A stretch of DNA of 64,000 bases from a virus, in IMG/VR virus record IMGVR_UViG_3300048442_000818, positions 1 to 64,000 of that record; one strand, written 5' to 3'. Positions 56,003 to 64,000 of the stretch are shown here, in pieces. The translations under genes and the position numbers were made by a program. The notes under the pieces were generated by a model. The model had not been told where the DNA came from. It saw only the letters and a program-made list of their open reading frames with translations, and made no database searches. How positions within the stretch are numbered: position 1 is the first letter of the stretch; each line of letters starts with the position of its first letter.

Positions 56003-56937
56003 TATGGATTCTCCAATGTCTCAATACGGGTTGCCAGGGCTTCAATGGTGGCCTGTAAATCACCAGCAGTAACCCCACCATCACCAGCAGCAATCGTTAC
56101 AGTAGTACCGTCTTGGGTTCCTGTATGTTTAGTCCGATTCAGTAGATATGCGTCTGTTTGGTTAGCTGTGGCGTTCTCTTGTATAGCTGCCAGTTTATCT
56201 TTCTCAGCTTGAGAGTAGACAACTAAGTTACCTAACTCAGCATAAATTGCCATAAGCTGTGTCATGTTATCTTCAATGGCAAGAAGCTCAGTCAGGCTAC
56301 CGTGTACAGCTAAAAGCTCAGTGATATTAGAACCAATAGGAACAAGATCAGTGAGGTTATCACTGATTGTCTGAAGCATTGCCAAGTTAGATTGGATATC
56401 TAACAAAGCTGTCATATTGGTTTCAATGTTCAATAGCTCAGTTAAGTTAGTGTGTAGATCAACCAACTTAGTTAGGTCATTAAATAGAGCAGTTAGTTTG
56501 GGAATTTCAGGAACTAAAGCCTCAATTTCATCTAGTACACCATAGATTGCCAATAATTGGCTCATATTAGTGAATAGACTGTTTATTTGTTGTAGGTTAG
56601 CTTCAACCTCTGAAATAGGACCAAGATTGTTAGCAACTTGCACAACTTTAGTGATATCACCCGATACTGCTTCAATATCATTAATATTTTCATGAACAAT
56701 TAGCAGTTGTTCTTCAATTGCAGCAATCTGTTGGATGACTTCGAGATTACCAACAATAGTGGCAATATCTTCTAACTGTTGGCTGACGTTATAGACTTCT
56801 TCCAAGTGATGAGAAACATGCTTTACAAAAGCAATGTTCAATGCCAGAAATTTCACGGTGTCATACGCATTGCCGATCATCTTATCAACAAGCGGATCCG
56901 TGCCACCATAAGGGTCATTTACTGTTCTTAAGCCCAT
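56002..56937 (-). CDS. tail fibre / appendage stalk protein with ~10-residue helical repeats
   Basis: N-terminal DPLVDKMIGNAYDTVK; repeats NLTELLNIET/NITELLAVHG...; NRTKHTGTQ motif. Confidence 0.7.
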   Translation of the reverse strand: MGLRTVNDPYGGTDPLVDKMIGNAYDTVKFLALNIAFVKHVSHHLEEVYNVSQQLEDIATIVGNLEVIQQIAAIEEQLLIVHENINDIEAVSGDITKVVQVANNLGPISEVEANLQQINSLFTNMSQLLAIYGVLDEIEALVPEIPKLTALFNDLTKLVDLHTNLTELLNIETNMTALLDIQSNLAMLQTISDNLTDLVPIGSNITELLAVHGSLTELLAIEDNMTQLMAIYAELGNLVVYSQAEKDKLAAIQENATANQTDAYLLNRTKHTGTQDGTTVTIAAGDGGVTAGDLQATIEALATRIETLENP

Positions 56938-56939
56938 GA

Positions 56940-57644
56940 TTAAACCCATCCTCTTCTTTGGAATCGAGTATTGGTAGTTGAGATACTAGTGCTGACCAGA
57001 TCATGTTCTTCTGCATCAGCGCAGATATTCTCGTAGTAGATATAGAACTCTTGGGATTTGGCGGTGGTTTCCTGGGTATTCATGTTGCCAAAAATTTTTG
57101 AGGCAATGAACGCAGTAAGGGCACCATGGAGTACATCAGGTAAGTCCACCTCATCTTCCAGATTTTCATGGGAAAGGGGTGGGTGCTTTGCTTGATATAG
57201 TACACTTAAAGCAACTCCAGGTTTTACGTGGGGAACCTGAAGTACTTTAGCTTGTGGGGTAAATAGTGAATCACAGCGTTCACTATCATTCAATGGAAGC
57301 TTACAATTTAAGCTGTCATAGACTTCTAAAATTCTAATTACATCTTCTAGGAAAGGTTCTCTACCCAAATCTTTAATATATGGGTAAGAAGTTTCTTCTG
57401 GATTCCAATTAGTTTCAGCGAACCGTTTTGTAAGATGGTAGTTAGTAATACCCTCTACCATCTCAACAATCACATCTTTTTCACTTAGAACAAATCGAGA
57501 GTATAAACGTAGCAAACCCTCGTTAGCATGAATAATCACCTTTTCTTGGTGTTCTTCTGCAATTGTCCCAGTGCCGTCTACTGATAGGGATAAGTTACTC
57601 AATTCCCCGTAGGATAGCTTTTTAAATAACTCTGCTACGTTCAT
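56940..57644 (-). CDS. virion protein (N4 gp67-like adaptor)
   Basis: LSYGELSN, NEGLLRLYSRF, NTRFQRRGWV. Confidence 0.85.
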   Translation of the reverse strand: MNVAELFKKLSYGELSNLSLSVDGTGTIAEEHQEKVIIHANEGLLRLYSRFVLSEKDVIVEMVEGITNYHLTKRFAETNWNPEETSYPYIKDLGREPFLEDVIRILEVYDSLNCKLPLNDSERCDSLFTPQAKVLQVPHVKPGVALSVLYQAKHPPLSHENLEDEVDLPDVLHGALTAFIASKIFGNMNTQETTAKSQEFYIYYENICADAEEHDLVSTSISTTNTRFQRRGWV

Positions 57645-57657
57645 ACGTTATGTGTCC

Positions 57658-59247
57658 TCACACGATATAGGAAGATAGGCCATTTACTTCCCGTGGCTGC
57701 TGATCATCATCCCAAATTTCTGTTTCCATTGGTGAAGCAGGCACTGCGTCTGAGGGCTTCCAGGCTTTAATAAATCCAAGCATTGAAATGGCATCAATAC
57801 AGTCATCTTTACCTTTGATACCACTGATCGTTGCTAACCGGATCTGTTGCATGGTTTGGCCCATAATGGTGGAAGATTTCATCTCTTCCGGGAAATACAT
57901 TTTCCCAGCCTTAAACCAAGGCACCACCAAATTGAATCGGGACAGTTTATCTTGGATGGGTCGGATACCCGGTTGACCGCTCTTCTCTGAAGAAGCAAAG
58001 TTAAACCAAATATTTCGAGTTACCATCTCGCTCTGGAGCCAATTAATAAAAGCTCCTTGCTGACCTGTTACCTCAATACCAACTTGCTGTGGCTTGTACA
58101 ACTGTACTAAACGAAACAGGTCATTGATAGTGTGATCCATGGTCTGGCGCTCACAAATACCATCTACCCAGAACCAGTCACCATTAGCATTGTACGCCCA
58201 AACAAATATAACAGAGAAGTCTGCTGTTTGTTTTTTTGAGGTCGCAAAGTCAGTGGTAATGTAGAAATTGAAAATTCCCTGGTTAGACAACAACTTACTG
58301 CGACTATACCAACGAATTTCTTCGTCCTGTACTAGCCTTTCATCCGAAGAGCTAATACGTAACATCAGTTCCTGGTAAAACCCTGACAGTTTACCAGTCT
58401 TTTCTGCCAGATCGTACTGACTCTTAATGTAGTCGTAGGTAAAGCGATCTGGCCATGCACTGGAGAATTCTGATTCCTCACAAGGGAATTTCTCACAGAC
58501 AGGCCATACGTTCACGTCCCAAGCACCCGATTCTACTGCTTCAATCAAGATATCTTCCTGATTAAAGGGAGTACCATTAAACACCACTTTACGACGGTCA
58601 GGATCTAGCGCGTGGTTCACACCCTTATAAACAGTGTCCTTAATAGCCATCATAGATGCTTTAGAATTCGCATCATCATCACTGACCAAATCATCCAACA
58701 CCGCCAGCATCGGACGTTTACCAAAGATTTTGGTACCACGGAGACTTGTTTTGGCCCCGAACATACGGATACCCAACAACTCACCATTACGGTTACCAAA
58801 CTCAATATAGCTATCTGTAAAGTGACTATGAGGAATCCACTGTTGGGCAAACTCTGAGTTGTTATATCTAAACTCAATATTCTTACGTGCTGACTTAACA
58901 CCATTTTCCATAGAATCCGAAATGTAGATCATTCCATCCACAGGACCAAATCCAGGAATATAGTGGAACATACCTAAGAATAGACTTAGGTATTCCATAA
59001 ATAGAGTAGTCTTACTTGCACCCCGAAAACATAGATTAGCTACATAAGGGCTGGGTTCCACCAACTTATCTAGCATTTTTAGGTGTACAGGGGGGGTTCT
59101 GTGAGATTCCCCCTCTTTACCATTTACTAGCTTAATGAAGTTCATAAATGTCAGTGAGAATTCCGTAGGTACATATTCTCTGGAATTCAGACTATCGTAA
59201 TTAACTTCATCTAACCATTCATCGAGACTTTGCTTACGGAGTGCCAT
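57658..59247 (-). CDS. terL: terminase large subunit
   Basis: FRGASKTT, VLDDL, GTPF, TDFATS..ADFS, DDCID; GAAGGAG RBS before ATG 59247. Confidence 0.95.
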   Translation of the reverse strand: MALRKQSLDEWLDEVNYDSLNSREYVPTEFSLTFMNFIKLVNGKEGESHRTPPVHLKMLDKLVEPSPYVANLCFRGASKTTLFMEYLSLFLGMFHYIPGFGPVDGMIYISDSMENGVKSARKNIEFRYNNSEFAQQWIPHSHFTDSYIEFGNRNGELLGIRMFGAKTSLRGTKIFGKRPMLAVLDDLVSDDDANSKASMMAIKDTVYKGVNHALDPDRRKVVFNGTPFNQEDILIEAVESGAWDVNVWPVCEKFPCEESEFSSAWPDRFTYDYIKSQYDLAEKTGKLSGFYQELMLRISSSDERLVQDEEIRWYSRSKLLSNQGIFNFYITTDFATSKKQTADFSVIFVWAYNANGDWFWVDGICERQTMDHTINDLFRLVQLYKPQQVGIEVTGQQGAFINWLQSEMVTRNIWFNFASSEKSGQPGIRPIQDKLSRFNLVVPWFKAGKMYFPEEMKSSTIMGQTMQQIRLATISGIKGKDDCIDAISMLGFIKAWKPSDAVPASPMETEIWDDDQQPREVNGLSSYIV

Positions 59248-59920
59248 CTTCGGTCTCTCCTTCAATTAATCTCTGGTCAGCGATTTCTTTTGTGCTAACA
59301 CCCCCAGAGATTAGATTTCTTTGTTTTGTGGCCAGTTCTACCAACATATCCTTGAGTTCATTCATACCAGATTGTTCTCCCATATCAATGTTAACCAGAG
59401 GCCCTGCCTCTTTAGGCTTAGCTAGGTGGGTTAATACACTGTTTGCAGCTTGTGTACGGACCATCTCACTTTGAGCATTGGTCATCAAATCAACTTGAGT
59501 ATTGATCGCTTTCTGATATGCATCCTGGTTCAGTACCCAACTGGGTACCAATGTCTGTTCCAGGATCAGGTTTACCAACTTACCTCTATTGTAGGCAGAC
59601 ACGTAAGCAGCAATGTCTTTTGAGCTTGTCCCTTTTGCGACTAACTGAGCGTGCCTTTGAGGAAACGTCCTGAAGTAAGCATCTTGATTACTCATCCCCA
59701 TAAGCTTGAAGCTGACATAGGTCACAGCATGGAGGTAGTCTTCTGTTTTGAATTTCCCCTCCTGCAAAACTTTGGTGTAGGAGATAAAGTTCTCCCTCAC
59801 CTGCTCTGCAACAATTGGATCCTGAACAATCGTATTGATCTTGTTCACCAAAGAAGGGGTGGCAGCATTTTTCAAGTTTGCGGGGAGTGCCCGTGCTACT
59901 TGATCCACTGTCAAAGTCAT
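59234..59920 (-). CDS. terminase small subunit (N4 gp69-like)
   Basis: Synteny; AYFRTFPQR, AANSVLTHL. Confidence 0.8.
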   Translation of the reverse strand: MTLTVDQVARALPANLKNAATPSLVNKINTIVQDPIVAEQVRENFISYTKVLQEGKFKTEDYLHAVTYVSFKLMGMSNQDAYFRTFPQRHAQLVAKGTSSKDIAAYVSAYNRGKLVNLILEQTLVPSWVLNQDAYQKAINTQVDLMTNAQSEMVRTQAANSVLTHLAKPKEAGPLVNIDMGEQSGMNELKDMLVELATKQRNLISGGVSTKEIADQRLIEGETEDGTP

Positions 59921-59994
59921 TTCTAGTTACCTCTGTTCAAATATATGCTGTGGGGCGCTCAGACCACCCAAGGGTGGTCTTCGCGTTTTTGTCA

Positions 59995-60771
59995 TTATAC
60001 TCTACTTAACCTGATACTCAGAATAGTACAGTATTGAACCATTGTGCCAAGCTGATCTTTCAACAGTTTTTGGTCTTCTTCAGGTAGCTTATTAATAGTG
60101 TCACCTACCAAAAAAGCCTCTAATTTACCGATCTTCTGATTAAGCTCAGCGTATTCTTTACGCAAACGATCTGCATAAGTGGCCCCGGTACTGTCAAAAG
60201 CCTCATAGCTTTGCTCAAAGACATCTTGGGGGGACCAGCTCACGTAACCGCCAAACCCATCTACGTTCTTGGCTCCACCATCGGCGTACATCACCAAATA
60301 ACCAGGATCATCCCCATTTTCATCAGAAGGCAGTTCCCAACTACGGAGATCGTTATACGTCTGACGACTCATCGGTACCGCATAAACTACCTTAGTACCG
60401 ATATAGGTCTTTGGATCCCCAAACTTAAACAGGAGGTCATCCATGCTTAGTGGGGTAGACTGTTCTACCAGACTGGCTTTGTTCCGAAGGGCATACCCTT
60501 CCAATCCCCAGATCTTTTCACGGGCATTCTTACGAGCCACGTCCCGGCCCACATCTGCATCAAAATTGGCAGGGCTGGCACAGGCACTCTCACCCGTCAC
60601 GGTGTACCCATTCTTCAAGGTAAGCAGACAGATCGTCTGACAGGTACCAGGGAAGACGTAGTAATCCTCAGTTACAATCTGATCATCCACGTCGCTAGGC
60701 TTGATCCGAGGAGCAGTAAGACCCTTGCTCTGGATCATCTCTTCAATCGTATTTTCCTGTTCAGTACTCAT
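59995..60771 (-). CDS. three-domain protein: N4 Gp49/Sf6 gp66 family + YIGTK...SWSP domain + crAss001_48-like helical domain
   Basis: TICLLTLKNGYTVTGESACASPANFDADVGR; TYIGTK..PM..GYLVMY..YVSWSPQDVFEQSY; RLRKEYAELNQKIGKLEAFL..QL.TM.QY..IL..R; AGAGG RBS before ATG 60771. Confidence 0.85.
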   Translation of the reverse strand: MSTEQENTIEEMIQSKGLTAPRIKPSDVDDQIVTEDYYVFPGTCQTICLLTLKNGYTVTGESACASPANFDADVGRDVARKNAREKIWGLEGYALRNKASLVEQSTPLSMDDLLFKFGDPKTYIGTKVVYAVPMSRQTYNDLRSWELPSDENGDDPGYLVMYADGGAKNVDGFGGYVSWSPQDVFEQSYEAFDSTGATYADRLRKEYAELNQKIGKLEAFLVGDTINKLPEEDQKLLKDQLGTMVQYCTILSIRLSRV

Positions 60772-60940
60772 GGTGTAACCTCTCTGTTGTGTTGTCGTCG
60801 AATGACACGTAGACTTTAGACCACATTTAGCCACCAAACAATACTTCACCACTAGGGTAAGAGGTAGACGGAGCCTATTGTCTTGTGCCAAGACCATCAG
60901 GAGTGTTGGCTATCTACTAATAACAAACAACACCTAAGAC

Positions 60941-60969
60941 TTGAACCAAGGGAAAAACGGGGCTAATCT
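60941..60969 (+). promoter_or_regulatory. candidate sigma70 promoter
   Basis: TTGAAC-N17-TAATCT. Confidence 0.45.
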
Positions 60970-60975
60970 CGTATG

Positions 60976-61115
60976 TGTTAGGCGTGAGAAGCGGCAACAG
61001 GCCCCAGCAAAGAGGTGGGCTGAATAACCCTTTGCAGGTAGAGCTGCCCTGCTAGCACAGCACCTCCAGGCAGTGATCTACTACTAAGCCCTCTACCCAA
61101 ATAGAGGGCTTTTTT
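60976..61115 (+). ncRNA. candidate structured small RNA
   Basis: Lies between the promoter-like site and a terminator; stems GCAAAG/CTTTGC and GTAGA-GCTGCC/GGCAGT-TCTAC; no credible ORF. Confidence 0.35.
61086..61115 (+). terminator. intrinsic terminator
   Basis: AAGCCCTCTA-CCCAAA-TAGAGGGCTT plus T run. Confidence 0.85.
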
Positions 61116-61135
61116 ATGCCCCATATAAAGTAGGT

Positions 61136-61234
61136 ACTCAGAATTCCCCTTCACGAATAAATCTCCTCCTCGCAGGGACTAGCGTCCCTGCTCAGTCGTC
61201 GCTTTATTTGCTCAGGGGAATTCTTCGCGTTTTG
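61136..61234. repeat. nested hairpin with a repeated internal-loop motif
   Basis: AATTCCC/GGGAATT, GAATAAA/TTTATTT and AGGGAC/GTCCCT stems separated by RCTCAG / CYTCRC pairs. Confidence 0.8.
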
Positions 61235-61297
61235 ATAAAAAAGAGTTGTAATGTGTGATTCTTGATGTAAGATGGAATCTCTAACCAACTAGGAGAT

Positions 61298-61639
61298 ATG
61301 AAAATGTTTACTCCCGCTTTCGAGAATGATGACGTGCTAGCTGCTCACACTACCTCCAAAAGAGGCCGTAAGCCTAGTGAATTGTTCGTACAACTTCGTG
61401 ATATGCCTGTATCAGACACTTGGTATGAAGTAGATGGTGAAGTATATCCTGATGCACAGAAATTCCGTGCTAAGGTATATCGCTATGCCAAAAACGGTGC
61501 CGGCAAATTCAAAGTCCGTGCTACTCCAGAAGGTACTTTCATTAAGAAAGTTTCTGGTCCGGGTTCTAATCAGGAAGTTGCACAAGCTACTCCCGACACT
61601 GAATCTGAAGATCAACATGATGGTCAAGCAGATGAATGA
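61298..61639 (+). CDS. hypothetical protein, possibly DNA binding
   Basis: AGGAG RBS; KRGRKPS basic motif; upstream TTGTAA-N16-TAAGAT. Confidence 0.75.
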   Translation: MKMFTPAFENDDVLAAHTTSKRGRKPSELFVQLRDMPVSDTWYEVDGEVYPDAQKFRAKVYRYAKNGAGKFKVRATPEGTFIKKVSGPGSNQEVAQATPDTESEDQHDGQADE

Positions 61640-61657
61640 TCTATAAAACAGATCATG

Positions 61658-61689
61658 AAAAAAGCCCCTTAATTGGGGCTTTTTTTTTT
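61658..61689 (+). terminator. intrinsic terminator
   Basis: AAAAAAGCCCC-TTAATT-GGGGCTTTTT with a long T tail. Confidence 0.85.
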
Positions 61690-61902
61690 GTCTATACTTC
61701 AAACTTACCTCGTGATAGTAGGTACCTCCAAAATATATTGAGTAGTACTTCAAATTTATATCGTGATATTTGGAGCAATTCAGATTTTTTTATAGTTATG
61801 TACGGTTGTAGTGTTTCACACTATTCACACCCATCACACTAAAGTACCCCCCCGGTGTACGTATATATCTCACACTGGTCCTACCCTACCCCATGTGAGC
61901 TT

Positions 61903-61921
61903 GCGGCTGCGCCGCTTCTGG
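61903..61921 (+). promoter_or_regulatory. vRNAP early hairpin promoter
   Basis: GCGGC-TGC-GCCGC-TTCT-GG. Template strand forms a 5-bp stem with a C-GCA-G triloop, and N4 spacing puts +1 at G61920, upstream of the gp1-like gene. Confidence 0.75.
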
Positions 61922-61987
61922 TGATTCATTGTGTACGTGTGTGTGGTTTCTTTGGTTCCAGTAACTGAGAACCATACTACTAACTTA

Positions 61988-62347
61988 ACTCTAGGAGAAA
62001 CTCATATCATGGCTAACTCACGCATGACCATCAGTGCTGTATTGGGCATGGTTCAGTCCACTGCTCAGACCATTACCAACTCACTCAACGCTGTCAACGA
62101 CGGTGTGGAGATGATCAACAATGCAGTGTCTGATGCTGCTGAACGTCAACAGATCCGCTCTGATAACGACATGGCAATGTACGAATCAGTGTATGTTGCT
62201 GAGAAAGCTCTTGAGCTTGACCAGAGTCGTGATCACATTCGTTCTTACATCTCTCAGTCTGAACAGCACAAAAGTGGTTACGAATCAGCTTTAACCGAAC
62301 TTCAACAAGCTGTAGCCCAACGCAAATCCAAGCGTGGTAATAAGTAA
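61988..62347 (+). CDS. early protein, N4 gp1-like
   Basis: AGGAG RBS before ATG 61988; first gene after the hairpin promoter; helical, resembles gp1 as recalled. Confidence 0.65.
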   Translation, partial: TLGETHIMANSRMTISAVLGMVQSTAQTITNSLNAVNDGVEMINNAVSDAAERQQIRSDNDMAMYESVYVAEKALELDQSRDHIRSYISQSEQHKSGYESALTELQQAVAQRKSKRGNK

Positions 62348-62356
62348 CCGATAACC

Positions 62357-62400
62357 TAACGGCTCTACTCTCTATCTTGAGTACTTGAGTAGAGTCGTTA
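62357..62400 (+). other. intergenic hairpin (terminator or processing site)
   Basis: TAACGGCTCTACTC...GAGTAGAGTCGTTA. Confidence 0.55.
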
Positions 62401-62445
62401 ATTCTCCCTTCAACTTACCTCTACTTATCTTGGGAGTATTGACTC

Positions 62446-62619
62446 ATGTCTCCATTCTCTCCATGTGACCCTGACAAGCTGACTCATGCTTCCTTGCTTG
62501 AGCTAGAGATCTACTTTGGTCTGCCTGCTGACCAAGCTCAACAGCTACTGGATCAAGGTATGTCCTTGAGTGAAATCAAGGAGTTGCAACGTCAACGGTA
62601 TCAACAAACTGTCCACTAA
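62446..62619 (+). CDS. small early hypothetical protein (57 aa)
   Basis: GGGAG RBS; MSPFSPCDPDKLTHASLLELE... Confidence 0.6.
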   Translation: MSPFSPCDPDKLTHASLLELEIYFGLPADQAQQLLDQGMSLSEIKELQRQRYQQTVH

Positions 62620-62631
62620 GAGGCTACTCTT

Positions 62632-62763
62632 ATGCGTGAATATCTCATCCTGCTCATCGTTGTAATGTTTATCCTCTTCGGTGCGCTGTACTTCACTTCA
62701 CCAATGCAACTGTTGCCTGAATGTCAGGGGCGTCAAGTTCCTCTGTTCTGTGTGCAAGACTGA
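62632..62763 (+). CDS. small early membrane protein (43 aa)
   Basis: GAGG RBS; MREYLILLIVVMFILFGALYF. Confidence 0.6.
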   Translation: MREYLILLIVVMFILFGALYFTSPMQLLPECQGRQVPLFCVQD

Positions 62764-62828
62764 CTTCTGTTCTTTTGGTTGGTTATAAACCTCAAACTCT
62801 TTACCTATAAATCTGGAGTAACATTCTC

Positions 62829-63221
62829 ATGGCTATTGATTTCGATAAAACTTTCGGTGCTCGTGCTGCTGGTAACAAACCTGCTCAACAGGCTGACCGT
62901 CCCAAATCTCAGTACTGGCTGAACTTGGGTTATACCTCTGACGTGGAAGACGAAGACGGCTCCATGCGCTTCGTATCTCTGCCCATTGGTATTCCTCTGG
63001 ACAACCAGGAACGGCTTCCCACAAACAGCCGTAACCAGGAGTTCGCTGCGTTTCAGTCAGCACGTAACGATCTTCTGGACCAGATCCAGGAAGTCGCTAA
63101 AAGCCTGGAACCGGGCGAATACCGTACTCTCAACCTTGAGATCCAACTGCGTCGTGTCAACGATGACGCTCCTGAGATCTCTGCTGATGCGAATCCGTTC
63201 ACCAAGAAGCTCGATCTCTGA
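62829..63221 (+). CDS. N4 gp2-like ssDNA-binding activator of phage RNAP II
   Basis: DRPKSQYWLNLGY, FVSLPIGIPLD, RNDLL, L.PGE, QLRRV. Confidence 0.9.
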   Translation: MAIDFDKTFGARAAGNKPAQQADRPKSQYWLNLGYTSDVEDEDGSMRFVSLPIGIPLDNQERLPTNSRNQEFAAFQSARNDLLDQIQEVAKSLEPGEYRTLNLEIQLRRVNDDAPEISADANPFTKKLDL

Positions 63222-63229
63222 ACCATCCT

Positions 63230-63265
63230 AGAACCATCTCTTGTAACTAAGAGGTGGTTCTTTTT
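63230..63265 (+). terminator. intrinsic terminator after the gp2-like gene
   Basis: AGAACCATCTCTT-GTAACT-AAGAGGTGGTTCT plus T run. Confidence 0.8.
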
Positions 63266-63368
63266 ATTCAATTCTTGATAGTGGATAGAGTAGACATAAA
63301 TATAGGTGCGATAAACTAAGTTCTACTTTTGAGCACTTTTTGACTAATCCAACTGAAAGGATAAGACC

Positions 63369-63548
63369 ATGGACCAAGATGCTATTTATGCTGGTGTAGT
63401 GTGCCCTCAATGTGGGCCTGTGGACCTGACATTCCGTCAATACATGGACCAAATTTGTAAACCTGATGCTCTCTGGAAATGCCCTAAGTGTGGTCAGGAC
63501 TCTGACTTCGATGATGAGCGTTTTGAAGAGATTCAGGGTATTAACTAA
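63369..63548 (+). CDS. small zinc-ribbon protein (59 aa), not in the ORF track
   Basis: AAGGA RBS; CPQC...CPKC. Confidence 0.75.
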   Translation: MDQDAIYAGVVCPQCGPVDLTFRQYMDQICKPDALWKCPKCGQDSDFDDERFEEIQGIN

Positions 63549-63563
63549 TAAGTGAGAACAAAC

Positions 63564-63749
63564 ATGAAATTCATTAAATGGGTTATCAAACTGAGATTCA
63601 GTATCATTGATCTATTGACTTACGGTATGTTCATAGCACTACTGCAACATGATATGTTTGCTATTGCTATGTTCACAATGATCATTGGTATTGGTACCTC
63701 TGTATTTCTTGAGGGTAGATATGGACACCTACTAAAAAGGAACTACTAA
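63564..63749 (+). CDS. small membrane protein
   Basis: Hydrophobic ORF, ATG 63564. Confidence 0.6.
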   Translation: MKFIKWVIKLRFSIIDLLTYGMFIALLQHDMFAIAMFTMIIGIGTSVFLEGRYGHLLKRNY

Positions 63750-63880
63750 TGTTTCATAGATCAACAACTAAACCCAGTCTCAAGATAAAACTCATCAGTG
63801 CTTTGATTGTTATCATGATGTTGTCAATCCAAGGCACCATTCTCTATGTAATTGGTCATTTCATTATTAAATACTGGTAG
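63749..63880 (+). CDS. small membrane protein (43 aa)
   Basis: TAATG coupling, AAGGA RBS, one TM helix. Confidence 0.55.
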   Translation: MFHRSTTKPSLKIKLISALIVIMMLSIQGTILYVIGHFIIKYW

Positions 63881-63900
63881 ATATAAATAGGAGAAAGATC

Positions 63901-64000
63901 ATGTCCAAGACGCTTATCTATGCGGGCATCGGTAGCCGCCAAACACCAGAGCCTGTGCTGGCCTCCATGTATTCGATAGCACAACAATTGTCTGACTTCT
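63901..64000 (+). CDS. DprA/SLOG-like protein, 3' truncated
   Basis: AGGAG RBS; YAGIGSRQTP. Confidence 0.7.
   Translation, partial: MSKTLIYAGIGSRQTPEPVLASMYSIAQQLSDF

Noticed and set aside
60772-60897. 42-aa N-terminal extension of the sponge-like gene
   Set aside because: A good RBS precedes ATG 60771; the extension looks non-coding.
61636-61842. 68-aa ORF after the 61298 gene
   Set aside because: It crosses a strong terminator and the repeat region; probably spurious.

Overview
The window is about 64 kb of a lytic N4-like podophage genome (Schitoviridae), apparently from a circularly permuted assembly. + strand, 1-26965: middle and replication genes, including AAA ATPase/vWA pair, dCTP deaminase, 5 tRNAs, ThyX, rIIA/rIIB, Dda-like helicase, DNA polymerase A, nuclease, primase, Sak4-like protein, SSB and RusA-like resolvase. 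- strand, 26999-60771: late and virion genes, including a ~3916-aa virion RNA polymerase, ejection proteins, major capsid, portal, spanins/endolysin/holin, tail and adhesin genes, and terminase. From about 61900 the early region begins, with a vRNAP hairpin promoter and gp1- and gp2-like genes, so the genome end probably lies near 60900-61900. The most notable observations are: (1) a Cys-free H-Y-E type ADP-ribosyltransferase-like domain inserted in the injected vRNAP; (2) a three-domain small protein that looks like a fused multi-specificity nucleotide-signal sponge (anti-defence); (3) a collagen/DUF285 fibre cassette in the replication block on the non-late strand; (4) a circularly permuted lytic transglycosylase in an ejection protein; (5) a repeated nested GCGAAG/CTGAGC internal-loop structure and a candidate sRNA near the genome end. 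All family assignments come from motif recognition and synteny recalled from N4-like phages. No database searches were run.
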